A stretch of 64,000 nt of DNA from contig CAZTQA010000002.1 of the NCBI GenBank assembly GCA_964615205.1, forward strand, positions 53,286 through 117,285, in the 5' to 3' direction. The notes below the pieces were generated by a model. That model searched no databases, was not told where the DNA came from, and was given only the letters and a program-made list of their open reading frames with translations. A program made the translations under genes and the position numbers. Positions 48,803-59,244 of this stretch are shown in pieces. Position 1 is the first letter of the stretch; each line of letters starts with the position of its first letter. Source of the stretch: an uncultured Candidatus Saccharibacteria bacterium (GTDB lineage Bacteria > Patescibacteriota > Minisyncoccia > Minisyncoccales > JAGMDC01).

Positions 48803-49357
48803 TTATTGAAAAACTTCTCTTAGGGCAGTTTCTTCAGCTAAAATTCCTACTAACTTGGCTAATCTTTCAGCTCTTTTCTTCATTTCTTCTTCTGTAACTG
48901 AATTAACTTCTTCTACTGAAGCAGCCACAAAGTCTCCTGAGTCAGAAATGCCTAATTCGCTTGCTAATTTTGCAAATTTAGCTTTTATTTCTGTTTCACT
49001 TTCTCCTCTATCATATCTTCCTCCGCAACCAGTAATAGAGCCAACGATTTCTCCCCTTACTTTAATAGGAACCCAGAGTGAAGCATAACCAGCATGGCAA
49101 TCCATAAAAGCGGGCTCTTTCTGGGTTTTGACTAGACCAAGAGCCATTTTATAACATTCCTCGCATTTTTCTTTTCCTTTTGGCGTACCCATAATCAACT
49201 GACAAACTCGCTGGGCTCCGCTCATCTTGGTGACTAAATTTCCTTCCCTATCTGTGGTAACGATTTGAGCGCCGACGCTCTCGGCAAAATCGTCTTGAAG
49301 TTTTTGAAGGTTTCTTAAAAACCATTTAGCTTCCTCGGAAATATTCTTTTCAACCAT
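48803..49357 (-). CDS. Stand-alone PocR-like sensory domain protein
   Basis: Cys-rich 'CQLIMGTPKGKEKCEECY...FMDCHAGYASLWVPIKVRGEIVGSITGCGG' resembles the PocR ligand-sensing domain. Confidence 0.4.
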   Translation of the reverse strand: MVEKNISEEAKWFLRNLQKLQDDFAESVGAQIVTTDREGNLVTKMSGAQRVCQLIMGTPKGKEKCEECYKMALGLVKTQKEPAFMDCHAGYASLWVPIKVRGEIVGSITGCGGRYDRGESETEIKAKFAKLASELGISDSGDFVAASVEEVNSVTEEEMKKRAERLAKLVGILAEETALREVFQ

Positions 49358-49479
49358 AATAAATTAAGTTTATTTTTTTATTAATCTAAAGCGACCTTTA
49401 CTATATTGTAAACTTTTTTAAAAATATGGCAAACTTTCTACTCTTGATTTAATTTAAAAAATAGGATATAATATAGTTT

Positions 49480-50364
49480 ATGCGATTAGTAATCACTTTT
49501 GCAGCCATCATAATTGTTTTAATAATTATTGGTGTCCAATTAGGACAAGATTCCCAAAAAAACTGGGCTGGTTTTGGATTAGCTAATTTTTTTGAAGGTG
49601 CAAAAAAAAACCTGCCCCAAGAAACCATAAAGGAAGAAGAAAAAGAAACCGAACCTGAAGAAATTGAAGAACTCACTGAATCTCCCTACATTGGAAAAAT
49701 AAAAATCTCTGGAGTAAGCATTAATTCTTCTAATGAAATAGGAAAAATAACTTTAAGCACTCGCTTAGAAAAAAAAGAAACCATAAACATAACTGGCTGG
49801 AAATTAGAGGGAGAAGGAGGAACTTATATTGTTCCTCTAGGCACAAAAGAATACAGCTTTACTCCTTCTCAAGAAAAAGAAACAAAAGATATTGTTATTG
49901 AAAAAGGAGATGGAATATATCTTTCCACCACCGAAACTCCTTTAGGAAAAACTAATGCTTTTCAAATAAATAAATGTTTTGGTTATCTTAAGAATTATTA
50001 TGATTTTGAAATATCTGTTTCAAAGATATGTCCTAAGCCAGGAAAAGAAGATATCCTTTACCTTAGCGGATGCTGCTCAAAATTTATTCTTGGACTTAAT
50101 AGATGCGAACTACCAGATTATTCTGAAGAAGAGGAAATTATTAATGATGCAGAATGCAAGGACTATCTTTTTAATAATCTTAATTACAGCGGCTGTTCTA
50201 AAAATTACTCCCAAGATGATGACTTTTTAAAAAATGAATGGCATATCTATATGAATAAGGACATTCTCGTCTTTGATGATTGGGACACACTTTACTTAAA
50301 AGATGACAAAGGATTTGTGGTGGATAGTTATTTTTACGGCTGCCCTACTTGTCTTAAAGATTAA
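49480..50364 (+). CDS. Membrane-anchored extracellular protein with lamin-tail-like domain and Cys-rich C-terminal region (the only plus-strand gene)
   Basis: N-terminal TM helix; 'INITGWKLEGEGGTYIVPLG' LTD-like motif; 10 Cys in the C-terminal half. Confidence 0.4.
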   Translation: MRLVITFAAIIIVLIIIGVQLGQDSQKNWAGFGLANFFEGAKKNLPQETIKEEEKETEPEEIEELTESPYIGKIKISGVSINSSNEIGKITLSTRLEKKETINITGWKLEGEGGTYIVPLGTKEYSFTPSQEKETKDIVIEKGDGIYLSTTETPLGKTNAFQINKCFGYLKNYYDFEISVSKICPKPGKEDILYLSGCCSKFILGLNRCELPDYSEEEEIINDAECKDYLFNNLNYSGCSKNYSQDDDFLKNEWHIYMNKDILVFDDWDTLYLKDDKGFVVDSYFYGCPTCLKD

Positions 50365-52130
50365 TTCTTTAAACTTTCAAGCACTGTTTCAAAATCTTTT
50401 TCTGCAAGAGCAAAATAAAATTGATCGTCTAAGTCGTTAATGACGCCAACATAGGCATTAACTCCGTGGCAAATAGAATCTGTTCTTACGTACTTATCCT
50501 TATAATTCCAAAATAATCCTCCCTGGGATATTTGAGAATTAGGTAAAGAAAAAGAATTCTCCTGCGTATAAGTATTCTGATTTAACCAGAATATTATTTT
50601 TATTATCCCTTCCTTATAGTTATTACAATCATTTTGTTTTTCTTCCTGGCAAAAATAATACATCTCCATCATTACTTCTGCCAGCCATCCATTACCGCTG
50701 CTGGAATAAGCACCGTTAAAAGAACCAAAAGAAAGAGGGTCGTCTTTGTTCTGACTTTGTCTTTTTAAAAGTTCCTGGCTGCATCTTAAAATTATATCCC
50801 TGTGTTCTTTTTTCCCCTCTATCTTATAGAAATCCCAGAGAGACATTACTACCCAGGCACTGGAAATAGGATTTTTGATTCTGTAATCGTCTCCTAGATA
50901 ACATCCTTCTTCTGCTACCTTGTTAACAAATTTCTGAGCGATTTTTTGAGCGCTTTGAAAATATTTTTCCTCCTCGGTTTCTCTATAAAGGCGAGAAAAG
51001 GCTGAAAGAACCTGTCCGTTATACAGCAAAGATTCCTGTTTGGATTCATACCAATTTCCCTGCACTAATTTTCTTCGATAGGATTGCATGCTTCCGTCTT
51101 CCTTCTGCATAGTAATCAACCAATTCCCGGCCAATCTAGCTGCTTCTAAATATTGACGCTTTTCTTCTCTTTGATACAAATCTAATAAAGTGAAAATGCT
51201 TAGGGCAGCTGTTCCGACTACAAACTTTTCCTCTTTTTCTTCTTTATTCAGATCATAAGAGTAGTGAAAAGCTCCATAATTGAGGTCAGTTTCGTCTCTG
51301 TTCTGCATAAACAAAAGAAAATCAGTCCCTTCTGAAACAGCTTCTAAAATCTTAGGATCTTTATCATAGTCATAAATCTTAAGAAGAGTGTAAACAATAG
51401 AAGCTGAATAGACAGCATGAACTATGTTGCCGAAATCATCATTTAAGGCATCATACTTTTTATAAAATCCGCCCGTTTCTTCATTTTGAGCCCTGAAAAG
51501 AAATTCTTTAGCTTCCTGAATATTCTCTTCTATTATTTCCTTGTTTAAATCACGGTAGATAACCAGTCCTTTCTGGACTTCCTTTCCTTGATTTTTATAT
51601 TCTACAAAAGAAAACTCCTTACTAGAATTATAATTAAAAGTAATTAAAAATACTGTTTTTTCAATATTTTCCTTTAATCTGGAAAAGGGATTCTTTAATG
51701 TTTCTTGAACCGTTTTTTCTAAAGCAGGAGCTAAGAACCCATTTTCGCTCTGGCTTCTTCCTTCTTCTTCTAATTTCCCCTCTAAATAAGCAGATATTTT
51801 AATATCCCAGTTGCCTTCAATTTCTAATTCCTGAGGATAAGGATTGTCTTTATTCTCAAGAAAATTCACAGCTGCTTGTCTTACGAATTTTACAACTGAA
51901 TTCCTAAATTCAGTTAAATTAGTAATCTCTTTTTCTTTCTCTGTTTTTTGTGAATTATTTGAAGATTGTGGATTCTCATTTTTTTCCGAAGAAACTTCTA
52001 ATGGGTTTGAATCATTGAATTCTGTTTCCTTTTTAGAAAATTCAAAAATACCTATCTCAACCAGAAAAGCCATGACTATTATTAATAAAATATAAAGCCA
52101 GTTGGTATGATTATTTTTCAGGAATTTCAT
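50361..52130 (-). CDS. Membrane-anchored alpha/alpha-toroid repeat protein (prenyltransferase/squalene-cyclase-like or glycoside-hydrolase-like)
   Basis: N-terminal TM helix; repeated aromatic/QW-like segments ('MQKEDGSMQSYR', 'AWVVMSLWDFYK'). Confidence 0.3.
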   Translation of the reverse strand: MKFLKNNHTNWLYILLIIVMAFLVEIGIFEFSKKETEFNDSNPLEVSSEKNENPQSSNNSQKTEKEKEITNLTEFRNSVVKFVRQAAVNFLENKDNPYPQELEIEGNWDIKISAYLEGKLEEEGRSQSENGFLAPALEKTVQETLKNPFSRLKENIEKTVFLITFNYNSSKEFSFVEYKNQGKEVQKGLVIYRDLNKEIIEENIQEAKEFLFRAQNEETGGFYKKYDALNDDFGNIVHAVYSASIVYTLLKIYDYDKDPKILEAVSEGTDFLLFMQNRDETDLNYGAFHYSYDLNKEEKEEKFVVGTAALSIFTLLDLYQREEKRQYLEAARLAGNWLITMQKEDGSMQSYRRKLVQGNWYESKQESLLYNGQVLSAFSRLYRETEEEKYFQSAQKIAQKFVNKVAEEGCYLGDDYRIKNPISSAWVVMSLWDFYKIEGKKEHRDIILRCSQELLKRQSQNKDDPLSFGSFNGAYSSSGNGWLAEVMMEMYYFCQEEKQNDCNNYKEGIIKIIFWLNQNTYTQENSFSLPNSQISQGGLFWNYKDKYVRTDSICHGVNAYVGVINDLDDQFYFALAEKDFETVLESLKN

Positions 52131-52512
52131 AGGGAAAAAAGATTACTATCAAAAGCCATAAAACCATAGAAATCAAAATTACAGGTAAGATTCCTGAATA
52201 ACCCACAGCTGAAGCCCTGATTAAATCATTCAAAGCACTGGATAAAACCACAATTAAAACCAGCCATTTGTCCTTAACTGGATTAGAAATAGCTAATAAA
52301 GCCGCTAAACCCATAATGAGGAAATAAACTCCTAATCCTTTAGAGGCCATAACCATCCAGGGATGACCAGCCTCAAAATAAGGCTGGTTTATTAGTTCAT
52401 GTCCCTGCTGAGGAAAAAATATATGGTCCAAGCCAAGACTAAACAAAAAAACTGCCATCAGCAAAAGAACTGTTCTAATAATTTTTAATTTAATATCAAT
52501 TCTTACCAACAT
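52111..52512 (-). CDS. Small 4-TM membrane protein
   Basis: hydrophobicity; overlaps the start of the upstream gene. Confidence 0.35.
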   Translation of the reverse strand: MLVRIDIKLKIIRTVLLLMAVFLFSLGLDHIFFPQQGHELINQPYFEAGHPWMVMASKGLGVYFLIMGLAALLAISNPVKDKWLVLIVVLSSALNDLIRASAVGYSGILPVILISMVLWLLIVIFFPYEIPEK

Positions 52513-52530
52513 AATTTATCTATTATATCA

Positions 52531-52580
52531 AAAAACCGCCCTTACTAAAAGGCGGAATGAGTGAGGCCGAACCTCACTCA
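52531..52580 (-). terminator. Dual-hairpin intrinsic terminator (copy 1 of a repeated element)
   Basis: hairpins gagtgagg-ccgaa-cctcactc (52559-52579) and ccgcc..ggcgg (52536-52555), then a U-run in minus sense; identical architecture at 58251-58300. Confidence 0.6.
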
Positions 52581-53000
52581 AAATGACATCGTATCTGTTC
52601 TTAGCTGGATTGACTGGGCAGTAATGCTTCCATCTTGGTTTGTTTTTCCATTGATTGTAACCGAGCTTCCAATTTCAAGATCATCTGATACTCCGTTTAC
52701 AAATTTACTTATTTCTGTACTGTCTGAATAAAAAATGATTTTTGATCCGCCGTCAGGCAGTTTTATGGTAATACTTTGTTCATCTTTTGAAATAATCTCT
52801 CCGCTGGCAAAACCTGCACTTGTCCGATTGCTTACCCTACCAGCTCCTGCGCCTATATCAGCCATTCCCATTTCTTGAAACTTTTGTTGTCTTTCTTCTG
52901 AAGTTAAATCGCCGGTTTGGGCATATTTCATTCCTCCTAAAAAGCCACCTGTGCCCACTAATGCAGTTATGGCTATAATGATTATAAAATTTTTGTTCAT
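52578..53000 (-). CDS. Small secreted beta-rich protein (DUF5666-like)
   Basis: signal peptide; Gly/Ser-rich segment; C-terminal beta domain. Confidence 0.35.
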   Translation of the reverse strand: MNKNFIIIIAITALVGTGGFLGGMKYAQTGDLTSEERQQKFQEMGMADIGAGAGRVSNRTSAGFASGEIISKDEQSITIKLPDGGSKIIFYSDSTEISKFVNGVSDDLEIGSSVTINGKTNQDGSITAQSIQLRTDTMSF

Positions 53001-53023
53001 ATTTTTATTTTAAATTTAATTTA

Positions 53024-54247
53024 TTACTCGTACCTCAATGCTTCTATGGGACTAAGTGAAGCGGCACGCCTGGCTGGATAATAGCCAAAACCTATGCCAA
53101 TAGCAGCAGATACGCCAAAAGCCAAAACAACAGAAAACAATGAAATACTTGTTGCCATTCCTCCAAATTTGCTAATAAGTAAAGAGATAAACCAGCCCAG
53201 AAGAATACCTGCAATTCCACCGATAAAGGTAAGCATAGTTGCTTCTGAAAGAAACTGCAAACTGATATCTTTTTTCTTAGCCCCTATGGCCTTACGCAAG
53301 CCAATTTCCCGTGTTCGTTCTGTTACGGTTGTCAGCATCATATTCATAATCCCGATACCACCCACTATTAGAGAAATACCTGCAATAGCAGCCAAAAGCA
53401 CAGTAAAAGTACTGGTTACAGAAGAAGCTGTTTCTATAATGTCAGCCTGATTCATAACAGAGAAATCAGCTGTTTGAGAATCGGAAATATTGTGTCGAAT
53501 GAGTAAGAGATTGGTAACCTGCTCCTGAACATTGGCTGTATATTTTGAATCCTGGGCTTGCACATTGATAGTGCTAACATAATCATCACCAGCTAAAAAT
53601 TGTTGGGCCGTAGAAAGAGGAATAAAAATACTATCATCCTGACTATTCATGCCTGTCCCACCCTTTGCTTCCGCAATACCAATGATTGTAAAATCAATCC
53701 TGTTTATTCTAATCTTCTCTCCAACAGGATTAACATTCTCTCCGAATAAATCATCGCGGGTTGTTGGTCCTAAAACAGCCACTTTTGATAAATTGGATAC
53801 ATGCTGGTCAGAAATAAAAGAACCTAATTCTATTTCAAGATTTCTCACCTGGCTATAGGAGGCCACTGTGCCAATAACTGAAGTATTAGTGTTTGCGCCT
53901 TTAGCTGTAATCTGATATCTGCCTGAAACCTCTGAAGCTACTGCTTCTATAAAAGAAACCTGTTCCTGAATGGCTTCAGCATCTTCTTGAGTAAGCGTTT
54001 GAGCTGAACCTCGGCTGGAACGCACCTGCGATCCTGGTCCCATCTCAAATCCTGGCATAACCATTATTAAATTTGAACCAATGCCTTCGATGCTGGATTG
54101 TATTTCTCCCTGGGCGCCCTGTCCAATGGAAATCATGGCCACTACTGAACCAATGCCAATAACTATGCCCAAAATCGTCAGCCCTGACCTGACTTTGTTC
54201 ATTGATATGGCGGAAAATGTTTCTTGTAATAAGTCAGAGAACATCAT
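53024..54247 (-). CDS. ABC transporter permease, MacB/FtsX family
   Basis: N-terminal TM helix, large extracytoplasmic domain, three C-terminal TM helices of FtsX type. Confidence 0.8.
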   Translation of the reverse strand: MMFSDLLQETFSAISMNKVRSGLTILGIVIGIGSVVAMISIGQGAQGEIQSSIEGIGSNLIMVMPGFEMGPGSQVRSSRGSAQTLTQEDAEAIQEQVSFIEAVASEVSGRYQITAKGANTNTSVIGTVASYSQVRNLEIELGSFISDQHVSNLSKVAVLGPTTRDDLFGENVNPVGEKIRINRIDFTIIGIAEAKGGTGMNSQDDSIFIPLSTAQQFLAGDDYVSTINVQAQDSKYTANVQEQVTNLLLIRHNISDSQTADFSVMNQADIIETASSVTSTFTVLLAAIAGISLIVGGIGIMNMMLTTVTERTREIGLRKAIGAKKKDISLQFLSEATMLTFIGGIAGILLGWFISLLISKFGGMATSISLFSVVLAFGVSAAIGIGFGYYPARRAASLSPIEALRYE

Positions 54248-54959
54248 GGTTTATAAAACGTTGCTTTTTATTTTGATCGTCTTCCACAATATTACCATCA
54301 ATAATATGAATAATCCTGTTGGCGTGTTCAGCTACATAACGCTCGTGAGTAATGAGAACAATGGTTCTTTTCTGTTCAAAATTAAGCTTTTGAAATGTCT
54401 CCAAAACAATCTGGCCTGTTTTTGTATCAAGATTGCCAGTGGGTTCATCAGCTAAAATAAGTGAAGGGTTATTTACCAGAGCTCGGGCAATAGCCACTCT
54501 TTGCATCTGTCCTCCGGAGAGTTGATTGGAAAGGTGTCCAAAACGAGATTCTTCCAAACCAGCATCAAGAAGAGCTGTTTTAGCTTTTTTTTCCCGTTCC
54601 TCTCGAGGAACACCCGCATAAATAAGGGGCAGGATAACATTGCGAAGGACTGTAGTCCGAGGCAGTAAATTAAAAGACTGAAAAATAAAACCAACCTTGT
54701 CTTTTCTAATATCTGCCAATTCTTCATCAGAAAGCTGGGATACATCTTGTCCATTCAAAAAAAACTTACCCTTGGTAGGAGTGTCCAAGCATCCTAAAAT
54801 ATGCATTAAAGTTGATTTGCCTGACCCAGAGGGACCCGTAATAGCCACAAATTCTCCATCTTTGATAGAAAAAGAAACACCCTTAAGCACTTGAGTTTCT
54901 ATTTCGCTATCCGTGGAACCGCTTTTATAAGTTTTAGTAATGTTTTGAACTTCAATCAT
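54234..54959 (-). CDS. ABC transporter ATP-binding protein (MacB/LolD-type)
   Basis: Walker A 'GPSGSGKST'; signature '[15 protein letters not shown]'; Walker B '[11 protein letters not shown]'. Confidence 0.9.
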   Translation of the reverse strand: MIEVQNITKTYKSGSTDSEIETQVLKGVSFSIKDGEFVAITGPSGSGKSTLMHILGCLDTPTKGKFFLNGQDVSQLSDEELADIRKDKVGFIFQSFNLLPRTTVLRNVILPLIYAGVPREEREKKAKTALLDAGLEESRFGHLSNQLSGGQMQRVAIARALVNNPSLILADEPTGNLDTKTGQIVLETFQKLNFEQKRTIVLITHERYVAEHANRIIHIIDGNIVEDDQNKKQRFINHDVL

Positions 54960-54960
54960 T

Positions 54961-56871
54961 TTAACGCATCATTCTTATCATGTCTTGCATTTCTCCGCTG
55001 CCTCCAAAATTACTGCTTGATTGACTTGGAGTAGAACCTGAATTTATGGTTTGAATAACCACAATATCGCCTTCTTCAAGACCATCAATAATTTCTGTCA
55101 TAGTATCATTAGACAAACCAATTTGAATCTGCTGTATTTTCAAACTTGAATCCGGTACGGCTGCGCCAGAAACATTTGCTGCAGCTAAATCAGATCCAAC
55201 ACTCGAGCCGTCTATTAATTGAACATAATTTATATCCCCCTGCTGTTTTATGGCTGAACTGGAAATCACAAGAGCATTTTGTTTAGAATCGGTAATAATA
55301 CTGACAGAGAGACTCATTCCTGATTTTAAACGTTCATCTTTTTGAGCATCAAGAGAAATCTTAACGTCATAGGTTACCACACCTTGATTTACAGAACCCA
55401 GAGAATCAACCTCAATTATCTTACCCGTAAGGGTTAAGCCATCTATAGCATCAAGAGTTAAAGTGGCAAGCTGGCCCAGTTCCACTTTGGCAATATCTAG
55501 TTCGTTAAGAGTAATTTCAGCTATTTTTTGTTCACTAATAATGGTTGCCATAGCAAACCCCAATGAAACTGAATCTCCTTTTTCTACCTCTATTTCAGCT
55601 ACAATCCCATCAATGGGAGAAAAAATTCGGCAATCAATTAGATTCTGTTTGGCTGTGAGTAATGCTTCTTCTTTTTGCCGAATAGCAATTCTTTTAGCCC
55701 GGACTTCCAATTCATCAGCCCCTTCAGTTATTTCTGCCAGGTTCTCTTTTTTTTCTTTAAGAGTTATTTCAGCTTCTTGCAAATCAAGGGGCTGGGTTTT
55801 CTTTACGTCCCTTAAATTCTCTTCAGCTTCTAATTTAGCGTCTCTACTATCTTCGAGCGACCTTTGAATAGATGAAAGATTTGAGAGAAGAGTATTTGTT
55901 TTGGAGTTATAATTTTTTAAATCTGACTGGTAATTAGTTATTTTATCACAAACAGGCCAATCGTTTTTGGTAAAGTAATCAATAATAAAATTGATAAAAG
56001 TGATTTCGGCTTTGATTACTTCCGTAAGTGATTTTGTTGTTTCTATGGTCTCATTAAGTAAAGCATCTATTGTTTCTTTCTCTGAATAACGATTAGCGTT
56101 TTTATAGTTCTCGAAATTTTCATCATAGTTTGCTTGGACTAATTCGTAACCTTCTTCAGCTTCTTTGATGATTTTACTATCAACGTAGAAATAATTTTTA
56201 TAAGCACAGCTGTTAGTCTGGCATCCACTCATTCCCCAACCACTTTTTGCAATCTCGTCACTGTATAGAATATCTTCTATTTCTATAATAAGTGTGGGTA
56301 ATTCTAAAAAAGCGTTTGTGACAGCATTAAGACTATCTTCATAGGCTTCTTCAATGTCTTTCTCTGTATTCTCCACGGATTCCAGAGCCTTCTGGTACTC
56401 TTTTTCTTGATTTAATTTTAATCTCTCTAGAGAATTCTCCGCTTCCAAAACTGCATTTTGAGCCTTTAAAAGAGTAAGCTCGTCAGTGGAATTTATTAAT
56501 TCCTCTAATTTAAGTTTTTCCATTTCAAGAGAAATTTCGGATTCCTCCACTGCCTGCTCGTAATCTGCTGAATCTAATTCTGCTATCAAATCCCCTGCTT
56601 CTATTTTTTCTCCCTTTAGAACATAAACTCTAACAACATCTCCTTTGACTTTAAATTCAATATTAACTTCATCAGAAACTGATACCTGCCCGCTTCCCTC
56701 AACCGAAGCAATAAGGGTGCCCCTTTCTACTGCCGCAGTCACATAACGAATTATCTCTCCGTCATTGGTTAATTTCTGATAGCCAAAATAACCTCCTATA
56801 ATAACTAAGAGTATAAGCAGAACTAATATAAATCTATGTTTAAGTATTTTCGAGGGTAATTTAATTGACAT
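54961..56871 (-). CDS. HlyD/MacA-family periplasmic adaptor (membrane fusion protein) with very long coiled coil
   Basis: N-terminal TM helix; biotinyl-lipoyl-like motifs; extended coiled-coil hairpin; beta-barrel C-terminus. Confidence 0.75.
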   Translation of the reverse strand: MSIKLPSKILKHRFILVLLILLVIIGGYFGYQKLTNDGEIIRYVTAAVERGTLIASVEGSGQVSVSDEVNIEFKVKGDVVRVYVLKGEKIEAGDLIAELDSADYEQAVEESEISLEMEKLKLEELINSTDELTLLKAQNAVLEAENSLERLKLNQEKEYQKALESVENTEKDIEEAYEDSLNAVTNAFLELPTLIIEIEDILYSDEIAKSGWGMSGCQTNSCAYKNYFYVDSKIIKEAEEGYELVQANYDENFENYKNANRYSEKETIDALLNETIETTKSLTEVIKAEITFINFIIDYFTKNDWPVCDKITNYQSDLKNYNSKTNTLLSNLSSIQRSLEDSRDAKLEAEENLRDVKKTQPLDLQEAEITLKEKKENLAEITEGADELEVRAKRIAIRQKEEALLTAKQNLIDCRIFSPIDGIVAEIEVEKGDSVSLGFAMATIISEQKIAEITLNELDIAKVELGQLATLTLDAIDGLTLTGKIIEVDSLGSVNQGVVTYDVKISLDAQKDERLKSGMSLSVSIITDSKQNALVISSSAIKQQGDINYVQLIDGSSVGSDLAAANVSGAAVPDSSLKIQQIQIGLSNDTMTEIIDGLEEGDIVVIQTINSGSTPSQSSSNFGGSGEMQDMIRMMR

Positions 56872-56881
56872 ATTATAAAAT

Positions 56882-57667
56882 TTATTTTCCTGGAACTATA
56901 GGTATACGATGCGGCACAATCATATTTCTTGGTTGGGGTCTATAATTTTTAGAAGGAATATTAAGATTGTCATCAATCTTACGAACATCAGAGGCCCGTA
57001 CAGTGCCGTTGTCTCTTTCTCCTAAGATTATTACTGTATCTGATTCTTTGATTCCTGTTCCAAAAGGAAAACGAGTTTCGGAGCTTACGATAACTTCTAA
57101 TATTTCCCCATCAGACATCTCAACGCGGAAACCATCATCTGTTATTTCAGAAACAACACCGCGATGCACATCCTGAAATTTAGGCGCACTAAATCCACGG
57201 TAAAATTCTCCGGCTATTGGCGGCAAACGACCTTCTTGGGCTTGCCGAAAAAGAAAAGGATGAAATTGGGTCTTATTGATCAAAAAACTGCTTACAACCA
57301 CAATCAAAACAATGGCTATAGTTGAATAAAGAATGGGTCGGCGGTAAGCAAAAGAAAAACGTTCCACAAGTGTTTCCAAAATTACAATCAGAAACAGAGC
57401 TGTTAACACTAATAGCCAAGGTATTGAAGTAAATAAGATTCTGACACCATGGAAACCAAAACCCGGTAAAAACCATAGCCCACTAGCGCGCAAGGTAAAA
57501 GTAACAAAACTAATCAAATACAAAATAAACAAAGCTAAAACAACTATGCCAAGAACAATTAAAAGCGTTCTTAAAATAAAGTGTATTTTCGGCTTCATTT
57601 TAACTTTATCTGTTTTTAATTTAGAAAGCACTTTTTCAGCTAATTGTTTGGGTAAATTGTTGTTCAT
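56882..57667 (-). CDS. Membrane protein cotranscribed with the ECF sigma factor; putative anti-sigma factor
   Basis: 4 TM helices plus a C-terminal soluble domain; 32-bp overlap with the sigma gene. Confidence 0.4.
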   Translation of the reverse strand: MNNNLPKQLAEKVLSKLKTDKVKMKPKIHFILRTLLIVLGIVVLALFILYLISFVTFTLRASGLWFLPGFGFHGVRILFTSIPWLLVLTALFLIVILETLVERFSFAYRRPILYSTIAIVLIVVVSSFLINKTQFHPFLFRQAQEGRLPPIAGEFYRGFSAPKFQDVHRGVVSEITDDGFRVEMSDGEILEVIVSSETRFPFGTGIKESDTVIILGERDNGTVRASDVRKIDDNLNIPSKNYRPQPRNMIVPHRIPIVPGK

Positions 57668-58214
57668 AGATTAATTTCATAATTTGTTTGCCTCTTTTTA
57701 ACCTCACTCCTACCGTAGCAATGGGAATACGAAGTACGTCAGAGATTTCCTTATAATTCAATTCCTCAAAATAATAAAGCACCAGCGGTTCACGATATTT
57801 TGGATCCAACTCACTAAGACATTTATCAAGCATCTCTTGTAATTCCCGATCATTCGCTTCCTTTTCCGCAGTTTCATTTGATGCAGGATGGGGAAAAAGA
57901 GTATCTAAATTAAAAAAAGGTAAATGTTCTCTCTTTTTTTTCTTAATGGCATTAATGAATTCATTATGGGCAATGCGGTAAAGCCAAGAGGAAAATTTTC
58001 TTGATGCATCAAAGCTTTGTATATTGACATAGGCCTTAATAAATACTTCCTGCACAATATCTTCTATCTCTTCATGGCTAAAAAGGAATTTTTTAGCATA
58101 GCGCATTATCTTATCTTCGTAACGTCTAATCAAAATCCCGAACAGATCAGTCTTCCCTGCCTGAACTAAACGAGCAATTTCCTCGTCTGATTTCTCTGAC
58201 TCTTTTTGTTCCAT
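57636..58214 (-). CDS. ECF-family RNA polymerase sigma-70 factor (second copy in the window)
   Basis: region 2 'IVQEVFIKAYVNIQSFD...SWLYRIAHN'; region 4 'NYKEISDVLRIPIATVGVRLKRGKQ'. Confidence 0.85.
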   Translation of the reverse strand: MEQKESEKSDEEIARLVQAGKTDLFGILIRRYEDKIMRYAKKFLFSHEEIEDIVQEVFIKAYVNIQSFDASRKFSSWLYRIAHNEFINAIKKKKREHLPFFNLDTLFPHPASNETAEKEANDRELQEMLDKCLSELDPKYREPLVLYYFEELNYKEISDVLRIPIATVGVRLKRGKQIMKLIYEQQFTQTIS

Positions 58215-58250
58215 AGAATTACTACAACAAAATTGCAGCTTTTATTTCAT

Positions 58251-58300
58251 AAAAACCGCCTTCGCTAGAAGGCGGAATGAGTGAGGCCGAACCTCACTCA
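58251..58300 (-). terminator. Dual-hairpin intrinsic terminator (copy 2)
   Basis: hairpins gagtgagg-ccgaa-cctcactc (58279-58299) and ccgcc..ggcgg (58256-58275) plus a U-run. Confidence 0.6.
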
Positions 58301-59106
58301 AAACGGCAGGTATCTTTATTCCAATTGAGCACTCTATAATCGCTTTCCGGACAAGGGTCATCCATAGATTGCATTATGTCCGGCACTTTCTTAATTATCA
58401 TTTTCTCATCTAATAAACTTATTTTTAATCCGTAATCCGATTCAGCTACTCCATTGTTTTCTGCCAAGGAAGTATTATTTATGGTTTGAACTTCTTCAAA
58501 ACTATTATTTTTTATTTTAAATAGAGCTGCATTGCCAAAACAGCATGTTCTATTAGGGCAGCCGTGCGAAACAAAGGCAATATATTTTATTCCTTGGCAA
58601 TCATAAAATCCGAACCCACCTTGATCTCCTCCAAATTGTACTTGATCTGTATAAAAATCATAGTCTTCACTGTCGTAAGAAGAAGTAGATGTTAAAAGAC
58701 TTCCATTTTTATCAAACAAACCAAGATAGGTATGATATAATCCATCAACATGTGGTACGCCATCAAGTCGAACAATTAAGAGCAATGTTTTCTCTTTATT
58801 ATTTGCGAAATAACCCTCAATAGAATCTTCTAAATAAAGATTGAAATGTTCAGAATGCGTTTCTGTGTGATTGGCTATGCCGTCAGTGAAGGTTAAATTA
58901 GGAAAAAGCTTATGAAGCAATACATCTTTATCTAACTTAGAAAAATCATTTCTTGGATGTTTTATAGCTTCCGGAGATTCAATGTTTGGCGTTCCGGTAA
59001 AGTAACATTCATAGGTTAATTTAAATACAACAGCCGTAATTATTAATACGGCTATAAGAATTATTATCAAGGGTATTGATATTCCCCTATTTAAATCTTT
59101 AAACAT
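58294..59106 (-). CDS. Secreted/membrane-anchored hypothetical protein, Cys-containing
   Basis: N-terminal TM helix or signal anchor. Confidence 0.35.
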   Translation of the reverse strand: MFKDLNRGISIPLIIILIAVLIITAVVFKLTYECYFTGTPNIESPEAIKHPRNDFSKLDKDVLLHKLFPNLTFTDGIANHTETHSEHFNLYLEDSIEGYFANNKEKTLLLIVRLDGVPHVDGLYHTYLGLFDKNGSLLTSTSSYDSEDYDFYTDQVQFGGDQGGFGFYDCQGIKYIAFVSHGCPNRTCCFGNAALFKIKNNSFEEVQTINNTSLAENNGVAESDYGLKISLLDEKMIIKKVPDIMQSMDDPCPESDYRVLNWNKDTCRFE

Positions 59107-59244
59107 AAATTTATCATTCTATTTTTTTTCGAAAATTTTACTGCTTTTTTTATCCATTATTTTTTCTTAATCGCCTTTAAAAAAGACGACTGAAATTAAA
59201 AGTTTAATTCTCGTATTTTAATACGTAGTTTATCTGCCCTAAGT

